Shown here: positions 63,721-64,000 of the stretch, piece by piece | How the letters are laid out: each line of letters opens with the position of its first letter | Position numbering within the stretch: position 1 is the first letter of the stretch | NCBI GenBank assembly: GCA_023515725.1 | Contig: JALDTO010000009.1 | Span: 1 to 64,000 of the forward strand | Reading direction: 5' to 3' | DNA from: Amoeboaphelidium protococcarum X5 | Lineage: Eukaryota > Fungi > Aphelidiomycota | DNA length: 64,000 bases | Program-made: the position numbers and the translations under genes | The notes under the pieces: generated by a model | The model's database searches: none | Told to the model about the DNA's origin: nothing | Seen by the model: only the letters and a program-made list of their open reading frames with translations

Positions 63721-64000
63721 AGTCAGTATATATGCGCTACAAAGCATTTTGAAAGACGGCAGAGTTCAGATCCAAACGTTATACTCCCAATAGTCGCTCA
63801 AGGGCCACCAGCTAACGCAGAACCTCTTCTTTTCCTGCGTTTTCGTAAATTGCCACCAATTGCAGAGCATACTGTGAGTATTGATTTTACTCTAGGCTTT
63901 AAGAGTCATCATCGGGAACAGGAGAAAATCAGATCAGAACCTTGTTGACGAAGAATCACGTCATCAGTCGTCATTCATGATACCTGGAGCAGTTTATTTG

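Overview
Compact eukaryotic nuclear DNA, opisthokont and fungal-related, with about 44 protein-coding genes, one tRNA-Ala(UGC) and two patches of decayed Ty3/gypsy retrotransposon. The key to the window is a non-standard genetic code: TAA and TAG are read as glutamine (translation table 6 type), and every gene model I built ends in TGA. This is why the standard-code ORF track is shattered. The code, the gene content (CYFIP/WAVE, WASHC3, MMAA, TFG-like, Cyc8, Bdf1) and the short introns best fit an aphelid such as Amoeboaphelidium protococcarum, where TAR=Gln is already known; the organism assignment is inference. Less expected signals are: (i) TAA/TAG enriched in the last 1-3 codons before the TGA stop; (ii) an almost invariant TGTAG 3' splice site; (iii) mini-versions of Slt11/RBM22 and Gos1; (iv) a secreted ependymin/LolA-fold-like protein; (v) a membrane-anchored proteinase-K-type subtilase with a Q/P-rich tail; (vi) a scrambled, two-orientation gypsy graveyard whose RNase H fragment uses TAA for a conserved Gln. 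All gene models and family calls were made by eye, without database searches.
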